From NCBI GenBank assembly GCA_018303325.1, contig JAGVYH010000002.1:17246-81245 (forward strand): a stretch of DNA of 64,000 bases, written 5' to 3'. This stretch comes from Candidatus Woesearchaeota archaeon (GTDB lineage: Archaea; Nanobdellota; Nanobdellia; Woesearchaeales; DSVV01). Of this stretch, positions 20,920-30,368 are shown piece by piece. Every line of letters starts with the position of its first letter. Positions within the stretch are counted from its first letter, which is position 1. The notes under the pieces were generated by a model, which was given only the letters and a program-made list of their open reading frames with translations, ran no database searches and was not told the DNA's origin. A program made the translations under genes and the position numbers.

Positions 20920-21685
20920 AATGAACGTAATTTGGCTGTCAGCAAATAAATTGGGGTATGAACTATTAAAAGAAGCAGTTAAAATAAAAGAGGTTAATAT
21001 TATGGGCATTGTAACTTTAGATAAAGATGCTTCTACTGTTATGTATGATGCAGTTCCCGAAAAAGTGTGGAGTCAATTTGGTATTCCGATACATAAAATA
21101 AAGCGGTTAAATGAAGAAAAAGAATTAATTACAAAATTATCTCCTGATTTAATAATTATGTGTGGTTGGAGACAAATTGTTGATAAAGAGATAATAAACC
21201 TGCCTAAAGAAGGGTTTATAGGATTTCACCCAACATTGCTTCCTATCGGCAGAGGCCCAGCGCCAATAATAAATACCTTATTAAATGAGTTTAAGGAATC
21301 TGGATTGACTATGTTTTATGTAACAGAAGGATTAGACAATGGTGATATTATTGGGCAAGAGAAATTTGTTATTTATGAAGAAGATCATGCTCAAGAAGTA
21401 TATAATAAAGTAATACTTGCTGGACGAAAGTTAATACAAAAATATCTTCCTTTGTTAATAAAAGGTAAAGCACAAAGAAACCTACAAGATGAATCTAAGG
21501 CAACATTTTTTGAAAAATTAAGCTTAAAAGATAATGAAATAGATTTGAATAAAGAATCCCTTGAAATAATTTATAAAAAAATACGTGCCTTTTCTAAACC
21601 GTACAAAGGGGCATATATTAAAAGGAATGGTAAAAAATTAATAATATGGTCAGCAGAATTAATAGAAACAGATGGTGCAAAATGA
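20912..21685 (+). CDS. formyltransferase family protein (sugar N-formyltransferase, Fmt/ArnA-N-like)
   Basis: GFHPTLLPIGRG and DNGDII catalytic motifs of 10-formyl-THF-dependent formyltransferases. Confidence 0.8.
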   Translation: MDKMNVIWLSANKLGYELLKEAVKIKEVNIMGIVTLDKDASTVMYDAVPEKVWSQFGIPIHKIKRLNEEKELITKLSPDLIIMCGWRQIVDKEIINLPKEGFIGFHPTLLPIGRGPAPIINTLLNEFKESGLTMFYVTEGLDNGDIIGQEKFVIYEEDHAQEVYNKVILAGRKLIQKYLPLLIKGKAQRNLQDESKATFFEKLSLKDNEIDLNKESLEIIYKKIRAFSKPYKGAYIKRNGKKLIIWSAELIETDGAK

Positions 21686-22830
21686 GAAAAATTTGTGTTT
21701 TAACTGGAACTAGAGCAGAATATGGCTTGTTAAAACCAATTATACGAGCAATAAGAAATAATCCAGAATTAGAGCTTATTCTTATAGTAAGTGGGATGCA
21801 TTTATCAAGGAAATTTGGTGAGACAATTAATATAATTAAAGAAGATAATTTTGATATTAATTATACTTTTGAAATGAATCCTAAAGACGATAGTAACGAT
21901 GCTATGGCAATGGCAATAGGGATAGGAATACAAAAAATAGTTGATTGTTTTAAGAATTCTAATCCTGATATTCTTTTAATTTTAGGGGATAGAATTGAAG
22001 TTTTGGCTGGAGTTATTGCCGCTGCTTACATGAATATTGTGATTGCACATATACATGGCGGGGACATTACAAGAGCGGGGTTAGATGAATCGGCAAGGCA
22101 TGCTATTACTAAATTTGCCCATATTCATTTTCCTGCAACACAAAAAAGTGCTGAGAGAATTTTAAAAATGGGTGAAGATAAATGGAGAGTTCATGTTGTT
22201 GGTGCACCTGCGTTAGATACTATATTAAACACCCCACTACTAGAAAAAAAAGCATTAGAAAAGGAATTAAACCTTAAATTAAAAAAACCATTTATATTGA
22301 TGATACAACATTCGGTATCGACACAGCATAAAGATGCTGAGAAACAAATAAAGGAAACATTAGAAACAGTAAAAGAATTAAAATATCAAACATTGATAAT
22401 ATATCCTAATTCTGATACTGGCGGAAGGAAGATAATTAATCAGATTGAGTTATACGCAAAGGAGTTTCAGTTTATCAAAATATATAAAAATTTGCCGTAT
22501 ACTGTTTATTTAAGCTTAATGAAATATGCAGATGTAATGGTTGGAAACTCCAGCAGTGGAATCATTGAATCATCTTCTTTCAAATTGCCCGTAGTTAATA
22601 TTGGAATAAGACAAGAAGGAAGAGAAAGGTCAAATAATATAATTAATGTTGAACATAACAAAGAAAAGATAATCTTAGCTATTAAAAAAGCATTGTCTAT
22701 TACGTTTAGAAATTCCTTAAGAGACTGTAAAAACCCGTATGGAAATGGAAAAACTGCGCAAGAAGTAGTTAATGTTTTATCAAGTATTAAAATAAACAGC
22801 AAATTATTACAAAAAAAGATTACTTATTAA
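21682..22830 (+). CDS. UDP-N-acetylglucosamine 2-epimerase, hydrolysing type (NeuC/LegG-like)
   Basis: KICVLTGTRAEYGLL N-terminus typical of NeuC. ATG 21682 overlaps the upstream stop as ATGA. Confidence 0.85.
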   Translation: MRKICVLTGTRAEYGLLKPIIRAIRNNPELELILIVSGMHLSRKFGETINIIKEDNFDINYTFEMNPKDDSNDAMAMAIGIGIQKIVDCFKNSNPDILLILGDRIEVLAGVIAAAYMNIVIAHIHGGDITRAGLDESARHAITKFAHIHFPATQKSAERILKMGEDKWRVHVVGAPALDTILNTPLLEKKALEKELNLKLKKPFILMIQHSVSTQHKDAEKQIKETLETVKELKYQTLIIYPNSDTGGRKIINQIELYAKEFQFIKIYKNLPYTVYLSLMKYADVMVGNSSSGIIESSSFKLPVVNIGIRQEGRERSNNIINVEHNKEKIILAIKKALSITFRNSLRDCKNPYGNGKTAQEVVNVLSSIKINSKLLQKKITY

Positions 22831-22831
22831 C

Positions 22832-23392
22832 ATGAAATTAACAATTAGAAAGAAAATCTCTCCTATAAGAGATGGCTTAACAAAAAAAACAATTGAAAAA
22901 AAAAGCAGATTAATTTTAATTAATCTTATTAAGATGAGTATATTTAAAAATTCAAAAAATATAAGTTGTTATGTATCACAAGATTCTGAAGTAGATACCC
23001 ATCGGTTGATTAAACTAATAATACAAAGTAAAAGAAAAGTAATTGTACCTTTTGTTGACAAGGAGATGAATTGTGCGGAATTATTTGATTTTAATAAATT
23101 AATGAGAGGTAAATTTGGGATATTAGAACCAAAAGAAAAAAAGAGATTTAACAAAGACATGTTGGACTTAATAATTATTCCTGGTGTTGTTTTTGACAGG
23201 AAAGGTAATCGGATTGGAAGAGGCAAAGGATATTATGATAAATTTTAAAAAAAAGTTAAATCAAAAAAAATTGCTCTTGCTTATGATTTACAAGTGTTTG
23301 AAAATATCCCATTTGAACATCATGATATAAAAATGGATTATATAATAACAGAATCAAAGATAATAAATTGTGAAGAGATTAGGGCAAAATGA
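22832..23392 (+). CDS. 5-formyltetrahydrofolate cyclo-ligase (MTHFS family), interrupted by an in-frame TAA at 23246-23248
   Basis: GRGKGYYD motif occurs before the stop. The conserved C-terminal ...IALAYDLQVF...HDIKMDYIITE continues in the same frame after the stop and ends in an ATGA overlap with folD. Confidence 0.6.
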
Positions 23393-24261
23393 CAGCTAAA
23401 ATTATTGACGGAAAAAAAATAGCAGAAGGTATTAAGGAAAAGTTAAAATTTCAGATTGAAGGATTAACTATTAAACCATGCCTTGCTGTTATTTTAGTAG
23501 GCAATAATCCCGCTTCAAATGTTTATGTTAATATGAAGGAAATTGAATGCACAAAATTAGGTATAATATTAAAAAAATATTGTCTAAAAGAGAATTTATT
23601 GGAAGAGAAATTGTTAAATTTAATCAAAGCTCTTAATAACGATGTTCATGTTCATGGCATATTGGTTCAGTTGCCTTTACCATCACATATTGATGAATTT
23701 AACATTATTGAAGCCATTGAACCAAAAAAAGATGTAGATGGATTTCATGCAATTAATATGGGTTGTTTGTTTATTGGAACTCCTAAATTTGAGCCTTGTA
23801 CACCTAAAGCAATAATAGAAATGATTAACTCAACAAATATAACAATTGAGGGAAAACATGCAGTAATTGTTGGAAGAAGCAAGATTGTTGGTAATCCAGT
23901 AGCACAGCTACTCCTACAACATAATACGACAGTAACAATTTGTCACTCCAAAACACACGATCTTAAAGAATATACAAAGCAAGCAGACATTTTGGTTGTA
24001 GCTGTGGGTATACCACATCTCATAAAAGAGGATATGATTAAAGAAGGCGCAATTGTAATTGATGTAGGTGTTAATAGAATAGAGGATATTACATATAAAA
24101 AAGGATATTATTTATGCGGAGATGTTGATTTTGAGAAAGTTATAAATAAGGCATCATACATCTCTCCTGTACCTGGTGGCGTTGGTCCAGTAACAATAGC
24201 GATGTTAATGTCAAATACCTTAAAAGCGTATCATCTAATTGAAAATGGAAAAGCGATTTAA
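23389..24261 (+). CDS. folD: bifunctional methylene-THF dehydrogenase / methenyl-THF cyclohydrolase
   Basis: Full-length FolD with HGILVQLPLP and GRSKIVG motifs. Confidence 0.9.
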   Translation: MTAKIIDGKKIAEGIKEKLKFQIEGLTIKPCLAVILVGNNPASNVYVNMKEIECTKLGIILKKYCLKENLLEEKLLNLIKALNNDVHVHGILVQLPLPSHIDEFNIIEAIEPKKDVDGFHAINMGCLFIGTPKFEPCTPKAIIEMINSTNITIEGKHAVIVGRSKIVGNPVAQLLLQHNTTVTICHSKTHDLKEYTKQADILVVAVGIPHLIKEDMIKEGAIVIDVGVNRIEDITYKKGYYLCGDVDFEKVINKASYISPVPGGVGPVTIAMLMSNTLKAYHLIENGKAI

Positions 24262-24652
24262 AGAGTGGAAAAAGCCTGAAATTAAAGATGGAGAATTGAC
24301 TAAATGGAATTGGGTTGTGCAACATATTAATGGGCTTAAACTTGGAGAATATACAGATATAGGCGCATTTACTTATATCAATGCAAAGTATGGTGTTGAA
24401 ATTCAAGATGATGTTCAAATTGGAAGCCATTGCTCAATATACAGCCACAGCACAATTGATAATAAACAAGGTAAGATAACTCTTAAAAAAAATTGCAGAA
24501 TTGGTTCACATTGTGTTATAATGCCAGGAGTAACTATTGGAGAAAATTCAGTTATAGGTGCGTTTAGTTTTGTAAATAAAAATATTCCTGATAATGTAAT
24601 TGCTTATGGTGTTCCTGTTAAGATTAAAGAAAACAGCAACAATAATAAGTAA
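24239..24652 (+). CDS. hexapeptide-repeat acetyltransferase (LegH/PseH-position N-acetyltransferase)
   Basis: Left-handed beta-helix hexapeptide repeats. Confidence 0.8.
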   Translation: MKMEKRFKEWKKPEIKDGELTKWNWVVQHINGLKLGEYTDIGAFTYINAKYGVEIQDDVQIGSHCSIYSHSTIDNKQGKITLKKNCRIGSHCVIMPGVTIGENSVIGAFSFVNKNIPDNVIAYGVPVKIKENSNNNK

Positions 24653-24703
24653 TAAGTCAACCTTGAAATGAAGCTCGTTTTAGCTGCGGTTTAGGTAAAA
24701 TCA

Positions 24704-24798
24704 AAGTTTTGTTTATACTAAAAGCACAAAATAATCGAACATTATTTTGTGCTTTTGTATATACAAAAGCAATTAATTTGTTCGAAAATTAATTGCTT
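24704..24798. repeat. Family A double-hairpin intergenic repeat, copy A1
   Basis: Two adjacent roughly 18-bp-stem hairpins: TACTAAAAGCACAAAATAAT...ATTATTTTGTGCTTTTGTATA and TACAAAAGCAATTAATTT...AAATTAATTGCTTTTAGTATA. Confidence 0.7.
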
Positions 24799-24893
24799 TT
24801 AGTATATAAACAAAAGTTGCGGACTTATTACATACAACAATAAGAGATAGTATTTGTAGATTTATAATACAATTATCGTTAGAGGATATTAAA

Positions 24894-26018
24894 ATGGAGA
24901 TTATACCATTAGCAAAACCATATATAGGAAACGAAGAGATTGAAGCAGTTTGTGAGGTTTTAAAATCCGGATGCTTAAGCCTAGGTCCAAAGTTAGAAGA
25001 ATTTGAAGAAAGATTTGCAAAATTTGTGGGTGTTAGATATGCTATTGCAGTCAGCTCTGGCACAACAGGGTTGCACTTGTGTATGGCAAATTTAAACTTA
25101 AAACAAGGGGATGAAGTAATTACAACACCATTATCGTTTGTTGCATCTGCAAATTGCATTTTGTATATGAATGCTAAACCAGTCTTTGTTGATATTGATC
25201 CATTGACATTGAACATTGATCCAAAAAAGATAGAAAATGCAATTACATCCAAAACAAAAGCAATTTTGATTGTTCATATATTTGGAATGCCATGTGATAT
25301 GGATCCAATTATAGAAATTGCAAAGAAGTACAATCTCCTAATTATAGAAGATGCTTGTGAAGCATTGGGAGCAGAATACAAAGGCAAGAAGGTTGGTACT
25401 TTTGGTTTGGCATCAGTGTTTGCATTCTATCCAAACAAACAAATTACAACTGGTGAAGGTGGGATGATATGTACAAATAGTCAAGAAATTTATACTCTTT
25501 GTAAAAGTTTAAGGAATCAAGGAAGACCTGTTGACTCAAGTTGGTTAGTTCATGAAAGAGTTGGATTTAATTATAGATTAAACGAAATAAGCTGTAGTTT
25601 AGGAATTGAACAGTTAAAAAAAGTTGAGTTAATTCTTAAAAAAAGAGAAATTGTTGCAGAAACGTATAACCAATTACTTGATGGAACAGATGGAGTCGTT
25701 ATTCCATATAAATCAGATATTGCAAAACGAAGTTGGTTTATTTACTTTATCATTCTTTCAGAATATTTAAAAAGAGATGAACTATCCCAGAAATTAGATA
25801 AAAAAGGGATTAAAACAAAACCATACTTACCTTGTATACATCTACAACCAGCATATGTTAGATTATTTGGGTATAAAAAAGGAGATTTTCCAGTATGTGA
25901 AAAAATTAGTGAACATACACTAGCATTACCTTTTTTTACAGATATGAATAAAGAGACTATTGAGAAAGTTTGTAGTGAACTAAAGAGAGAGATTAAAGAT
26001 GTTTTTTCAACTAACTAA
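24894..26018 (+). CDS. DegT family aminotransferase (LegC/PseC-like UDP-4-keto-6-deoxy sugar aminotransferase)
   Basis: PLP aminotransferase fold and position next to the 4,6-dehydratase. Confidence 0.9.
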   Translation: MEIIPLAKPYIGNEEIEAVCEVLKSGCLSLGPKLEEFEERFAKFVGVRYAIAVSSGTTGLHLCMANLNLKQGDEVITTPLSFVASANCILYMNAKPVFVDIDPLTLNIDPKKIENAITSKTKAILIVHIFGMPCDMDPIIEIAKKYNLLIIEDACEALGAEYKGKKVGTFGLASVFAFYPNKQITTGEGGMICTNSQEIYTLCKSLRNQGRPVDSSWLVHERVGFNYRLNEISCSLGIEQLKKVELILKKREIVAETYNQLLDGTDGVVIPYKSDIAKRSWFIYFIILSEYLKRDELSQKLDKKGIKTKPYLPCIHLQPAYVRLFGYKKGDFPVCEKISEHTLALPFFTDMNKETIEKVCSELKREIKDVFSTN

Positions 26019-27042
26019 AAGATCAACATTCGGTGGTAAGATTATTCTTGTTACTGGTGGCTTAGGTTCTATTGGCTCAGAAATTGTAAGGCAATTGCTG
26101 AAATATAACCCTAAACAGGTACGAATATTTGACAATAGAGAAACTGAAACTTTTTTTATGCAACATGAGCTTAAACAGCACTCAAATCTTCGCTTTTTAG
26201 TCGGTGATGTAAGAGATAAAGATAGGCTTAATATGGCAATGGAACATGTAAACATTGTTTTTCATGCTGCTGCTTTAAAACATGTTCCGCTTTGCGAATA
26301 CAATCCATTCGAAGCTGTTAAAACTAATGTTTATGGTACCCAAAATATAATTGATACTGCTTTAACAAACAATGTAGAGAAAGTAGTAAATATTAGTACA
26401 GACAAAGTAACTAATACTATAAATACCATGGGTGCTACTAAGTTACTGGCTGAAAGGCTTATTTCGTCAGCTCAATATTTTAAAGGCAATAAAAAAACAA
26501 TTTTTTCATCAGTCAGATTTGGAAATGTGATAGATTCTAGAGGATCAATTATTGACCTTTTTAAAAAACAAATTAAACATGGTGGACCGGTTACAATTAC
26601 AAATCCAGATATGACTAGATTTGTTATGTCAACTAAACAGGCAGTTAATCTTGTTTTGAAAACTGCTGAAGAAATGCATGGGGGAGAAATTTTTATTTTG
26701 AAGATGCCGATATTTAAATTAAATGATTTAGTGGAAGTGGTTATAGAAGAGTTATCTTATAAAGAGGGATATGACTCAAAGAACATAAAAATAAAAAATA
26801 TAGGTATTAGAGAAGGTGAAAAATTATATGAAGACCTTATGACAGAGGTTGAAGCACAGAATTCATTAGAAACACAGACTAAATTTATTGTCCTATCAAA
26901 ATTAGGACTGCCAAATTATAAAGGACACCAGAAAAATTATAAAGCAATTAAAACAATAAAAGAACGATATTCTTCAAGGGATATCAAACCATTATCAAAA
27001 GAATTGTTAAAGAGGATACTTGTAAATGAAAAGATAATTTAA
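25999..27042 (+). CDS. UDP-GlcNAc 4,6-dehydratase, polysaccharide biosynthesis CapD/PseB/LegB family
   Basis: KIILVTGGLGSIGSEI Rossmann motif and SDR-extended fold. Confidence 0.85.
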   Translation: MFFQLTKRSTFGGKIILVTGGLGSIGSEIVRQLLKYNPKQVRIFDNRETETFFMQHELKQHSNLRFLVGDVRDKDRLNMAMEHVNIVFHAAALKHVPLCEYNPFEAVKTNVYGTQNIIDTALTNNVEKVVNISTDKVTNTINTMGATKLLAERLISSAQYFKGNKKTIFSSVRFGNVIDSRGSIIDLFKKQIKHGGPVTITNPDMTRFVMSTKQAVNLVLKTAEEMHGGEIFILKMPIFKLNDLVEVVIEELSYKEGYDSKNIKIKNIGIREGEKLYEDLMTEVEAQNSLETQTKFIVLSKLGLPNYKGHQKNYKAIKTIKERYSSRDIKPLSKELLKRILVNEKII

Positions 27043-27059
27043 TTTAAAGTTATTTTTTA

Positions 27060-28694
27060 CTACGTTTTTATTGTTTTATTGTAGTATTTGTGTTTTAGCA
27101 TGTCTAAAGCCAAATCTGAAATTCTTTCATTAACTTTACCGTCAATCTTATACACTTGATCTTTGACAAATAAATTTCTTTTTTCTTTTAACTTTTTTTG
27201 TAAATTAATGTTATTATTAACATCTTCTAATATGGTCATTAAATTATCGATATTATCTATTAATAGAACAGCACCAGAATCAACATAGGGTTTAAATGGT
27301 AAAAAATTGTTTATTTCCTTAGGTATCAAACCCATAACTGTTTTATTTAAGATGAGAGCTTCAAGAATAACTGTGCAATTAGAGAAAGCAACTACGTAAT
27401 CTGACAATGTTATTGCGTCATAAATATTAAACTCTTTTTTTATAAAGACATTATCTACACCCCTTATCATTTTAACGTATTCACTTATGTAACTGTCGCG
27501 TGGGTGTGGTTTAATGAAAAGTGCAAATTCTTTTTTATCTTTGAAGCTGTTCACTATCCTACTTAATATAGATAATGCAACCTCTTTTGTAAGATCTGCA
27601 ACAGTTGCATACAATACTATTTTTTTTCCAGATAATTTTAATAAGTATATATCTGGATCCCTATTTTCTATATTTTTATCTTCAATTTTTCTAAACAAAA
27701 AATCAGTATTTGGCTGTCCAACAATCTCAATGTTTTTTTCATCGTATCCGTCATAACCAATAAGTTTCTTCTTTGTAAATTCGCCATAAACTGCAATTTT
27801 GTCAGGCATTGGACAGCCTCTTAAAACATCTTCTTTTGAATGTACATAATATAATGTGTCATCTATCAGCCCTTCTTGTATCTCTAACACAGGCACATTT
27901 AAAGAGTGAGCAGCAGCAGTTATTGCCTTGCCTTGTAATGTTGATCCTGACATCTGTATTACTAATTTTGGTTTCATTAATTTTATAGCTTTTTTTGTTG
28001 TTTCTATATAGAATATTGCTTCACCAATCATTTTTTTTAAAACAAAATCAAGCCTGTCTTTTAATAAATGGTATGCATTTTCATTATTAATAATAAATGC
28101 AGAAGTAAAGTCTATACTTTTCATCATCCTATTGTATAAACTAAGAAATTTTTTTCTTTGCTGTTGAATTATTTTAGTTGTTTCATAATCATAAAAAAGT
28201 TCAATAGGATTTACAAAAGTATACCTTTTTCTTTGTTCTCTTGTCTTTAACCCAAAAGAAGCAAGATCATCATAATACAAAACATTTATTTCTGTTTGCT
28301 TGTTTAAATCATCAATTATACTGCCTATTCTTACGTTCCTTCCACTTTGAAGAAAAGAAGGGTGTGTAGTAACCAGTATATTACATGGATAAATATTATT
28401 TCTGCCAATGGTTCTTTTTCTCAGACGAGTCTTTAAATCAAAAGAATAGTTCATCAGAAGTGTACCCAACCTATGCTTTATTTCTTCTGTTTTTTTAATT
28501 TTTTCATTTCTTTTGTAAAAAATATCAGAGACGGATGGAAAATATTTGCTATCTCGATCCAACCATGGCTCAACAAGCCACCATAAAGAGATATTATCAT
28601 ACTTAAATAGCTCAGCAATATCTTTATGGTAATATACTTTTTTTTTTGAAAATTGTTTAACCCAAATTATTACTTTGTCCATTTTTAACAACAT
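27060..28694 (-). CDS. GT-B-like glycosyl/glycerophospho-transferase (TagB/TagF or capsule-biosynthesis-like), putative nonulosonic-acid transferase
   Basis: C-terminal KIVLYATV...KPHPRD resembles CDP-glycerol glycerophosphotransferases. Function is uncertain. Confidence 0.45.
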   Translation of the reverse strand: MLLKMDKVIIWVKQFSKKKVYYHKDIAELFKYDNISLWWLVEPWLDRDSKYFPSVSDIFYKRNEKIKKTEEIKHRLGTLLMNYSFDLKTRLRKRTIGRNNIYPCNILVTTHPSFLQSGRNVRIGSIIDDLNKQTEINVLYYDDLASFGLKTREQRKRYTFVNPIELFYDYETTKIIQQQRKKFLSLYNRMMKSIDFTSAFIINNENAYHLLKDRLDFVLKKMIGEAIFYIETTKKAIKLMKPKLVIQMSGSTLQGKAITAAAHSLNVPVLEIQEGLIDDTLYYVHSKEDVLRGCPMPDKIAVYGEFTKKKLIGYDGYDEKNIEIVGQPNTDFLFRKIEDKNIENRDPDIYLLKLSGKKIVLYATVADLTKEVALSILSRIVNSFKDKKEFALFIKPHPRDSYISEYVKMIRGVDNVFIKKEFNIYDAITLSDYVVAFSNCTVILEALILNKTVMGLIPKEINNFLPFKPYVDSGAVLLIDNIDNLMTILEDVNNNINLQKKLKEKRNLFVKDQVYKIDGKVNERISDLALDMLKHKYYNKTIKT

Positions 28695-30183
28695 CTATTC
28701 GTTTACAAATATCCTTTATTTCAGTTATAGTGACAACCTTAAGCACAAAAAGAGAAAGTATATAAAATATCAGTGCAACAATAATTGCAATTAATGCATT
28801 TAGTTCATTTAAGCCAAACAATAATATTGTTAAGTTTACAACTATTAAAAATACCGCCCCTGCAATAATGGTCTTAAGCCAGATTATAAATGGTATATTT
28901 AACTGAATTTTTGATTTAATATTTTTAAATGATGCAATAAACATGAACAAATAGCAGATTAATGTTGCTAAAGCAGCACCGATTATATTAAAAAAAGGAA
29001 TAAGTATCGCATTAAGCACAATATTAAGAAGTGCAGCAATAAAACTAGTTTTTGTGTTTAGTTCTGGCTTTCCAATACCTGCAAGCACAGCATAGTTTAT
29101 TTGAGCAACTGAAAGAATAAATATGCCTATTGATAATATTTTTAAAGTATTATTTGCTCCTATATATTCTTGCCCAAACAGAGTTTTAATGATTATTTCT
29201 GAAAAAAAGATCAAAATAATAAGAATAGGTATAAAAATAATGAATGAATATTTATATATCAAAACAATTCCCTGGCTTAAGTGTTCCATGTGTTTTTTTG
29301 ACCAAAGCTCTGAGCTCAAAGGATAGATTACATTTCTAAAACCAATTGTAATATAAGCTAAAAAATTAGCAGTTGGTAATGCAATATTATATAATCCTAC
29401 ATAAAAAACACCTGAAAAAAGCGTAAGCATTATTATGTCTGTGTAGGTTATAATAACACCAAAACCAACACCTAAAAAAGTGGGTATGGCAAATCTAAAT
29501 AGCCTTTTTAATAGTGGTTTATTATAATTTATTTTTATTAAGAAGAAATTAGGAAATACTTTTTTAAAGAAAATAAAAGAATAAATTGTTATTGTCAGAA
29601 CAGGCGCAAGTATGTAAGCATAACTTATACCAATCAATCCTAAGCCAAGCTTAAGAAATACATATGTAAGTGCAAATATAAATACTGACTTGAAAAGACC
29701 AATTGTTGAAAAAAGAATCATTTCTTGGTAGCCTTGGAATGTTTGTTTTAATAATAACTCTCCACCATAAAGAATAAAAGAAATCGCAACTAAAATAATT
29801 AAAGGCATTGATGCTACATCATGAATATAATTTTTTGCTAAAAATCCAGAGAATATAATGAATAGAATAAATATAATTATTGACATTATAAATCCGATAA
29901 TAGTAACATAAACAAAAGACTCTTTGATGGATTTTTCGTCTTTATTTACTTTAAATTCCGGGATAAATTTTGTAAGACTTTCATAGAAGCTTATATCACG
30001 AAAACTGTATATTAATGCAACAAGTGAAAATACAGAGAAAAAAAGTCCATACTCTTCTACTGTAAGGCTCCTTGCAAGAAATATTCTGTAAATATAACTT
30101 ACAAGTGCTGCTGATAAAGTAAATATTGTTATTATAATAAAATTTTTTATTGCTTTTTTAGTGTAATTTTGTGTTTCCATCAC
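28657..30183 (-). CDS. Wzx-like oligosaccharide flippase (MOP superfamily polysaccharide biosynthesis protein)
   Basis: About 14 TM helices and N-terminal RIFLARSLTVEEYG motif. Confidence 0.75.
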   Translation of the reverse strand: MMETQNYTKKAIKNFIIITIFTLSAALVSYIYRIFLARSLTVEEYGLFFSVFSLVALIYSFRDISFYESLTKFIPEFKVNKDEKSIKESFVYVTIIGFIMSIIIFILFIIFSGFLAKNYIHDVASMPLIILVAISFILYGGELLLKQTFQGYQEMILFSTIGLFKSVFIFALTYVFLKLGLGLIGISYAYILAPVLTITIYSFIFFKKVFPNFFLIKINYNKPLLKRLFRFAIPTFLGVGFGVIITYTDIIMLTLFSGVFYVGLYNIALPTANFLAYITIGFRNVIYPLSSELWSKKHMEHLSQGIVLIYKYSFIIFIPILIILIFFSEIIIKTLFGQEYIGANNTLKILSIGIFILSVAQINYAVLAGIGKPELNTKTSFIAALLNIVLNAILIPFFNIIGAALATLICYLFMFIASFKNIKSKIQLNIPFIIWLKTIIAGAVFLIVVNLTILLFGLNELNALIAIIVALIFYILSLFVLKVVTITEIKDICKRIDVVKNGQSNNLG

Positions 30184-30368
30184 TTAACGCCGTACCACTA
30201 TGTTTTAAATGTTTTATGGAATGAAAATATAGTGAACCTACTTATAGTGCAACAACTTAATCTTTAGGTGATGGTTATATGTAAACCACCAGAATTATTA
30301 AGTTGGTTGACCATATTAATTAGGCGTATACAAGTTAGTTGACTATATTACCTTGGTGGTTTGTGATA

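Noticed and set aside
23240-23260. Frameshift in the 5-FCL gene at the poly-A tract
   Set aside because: Codon-by-codon check shows the downstream conserved segment is in the same frame. The lesion is an in-frame TAA, not a frameshift.
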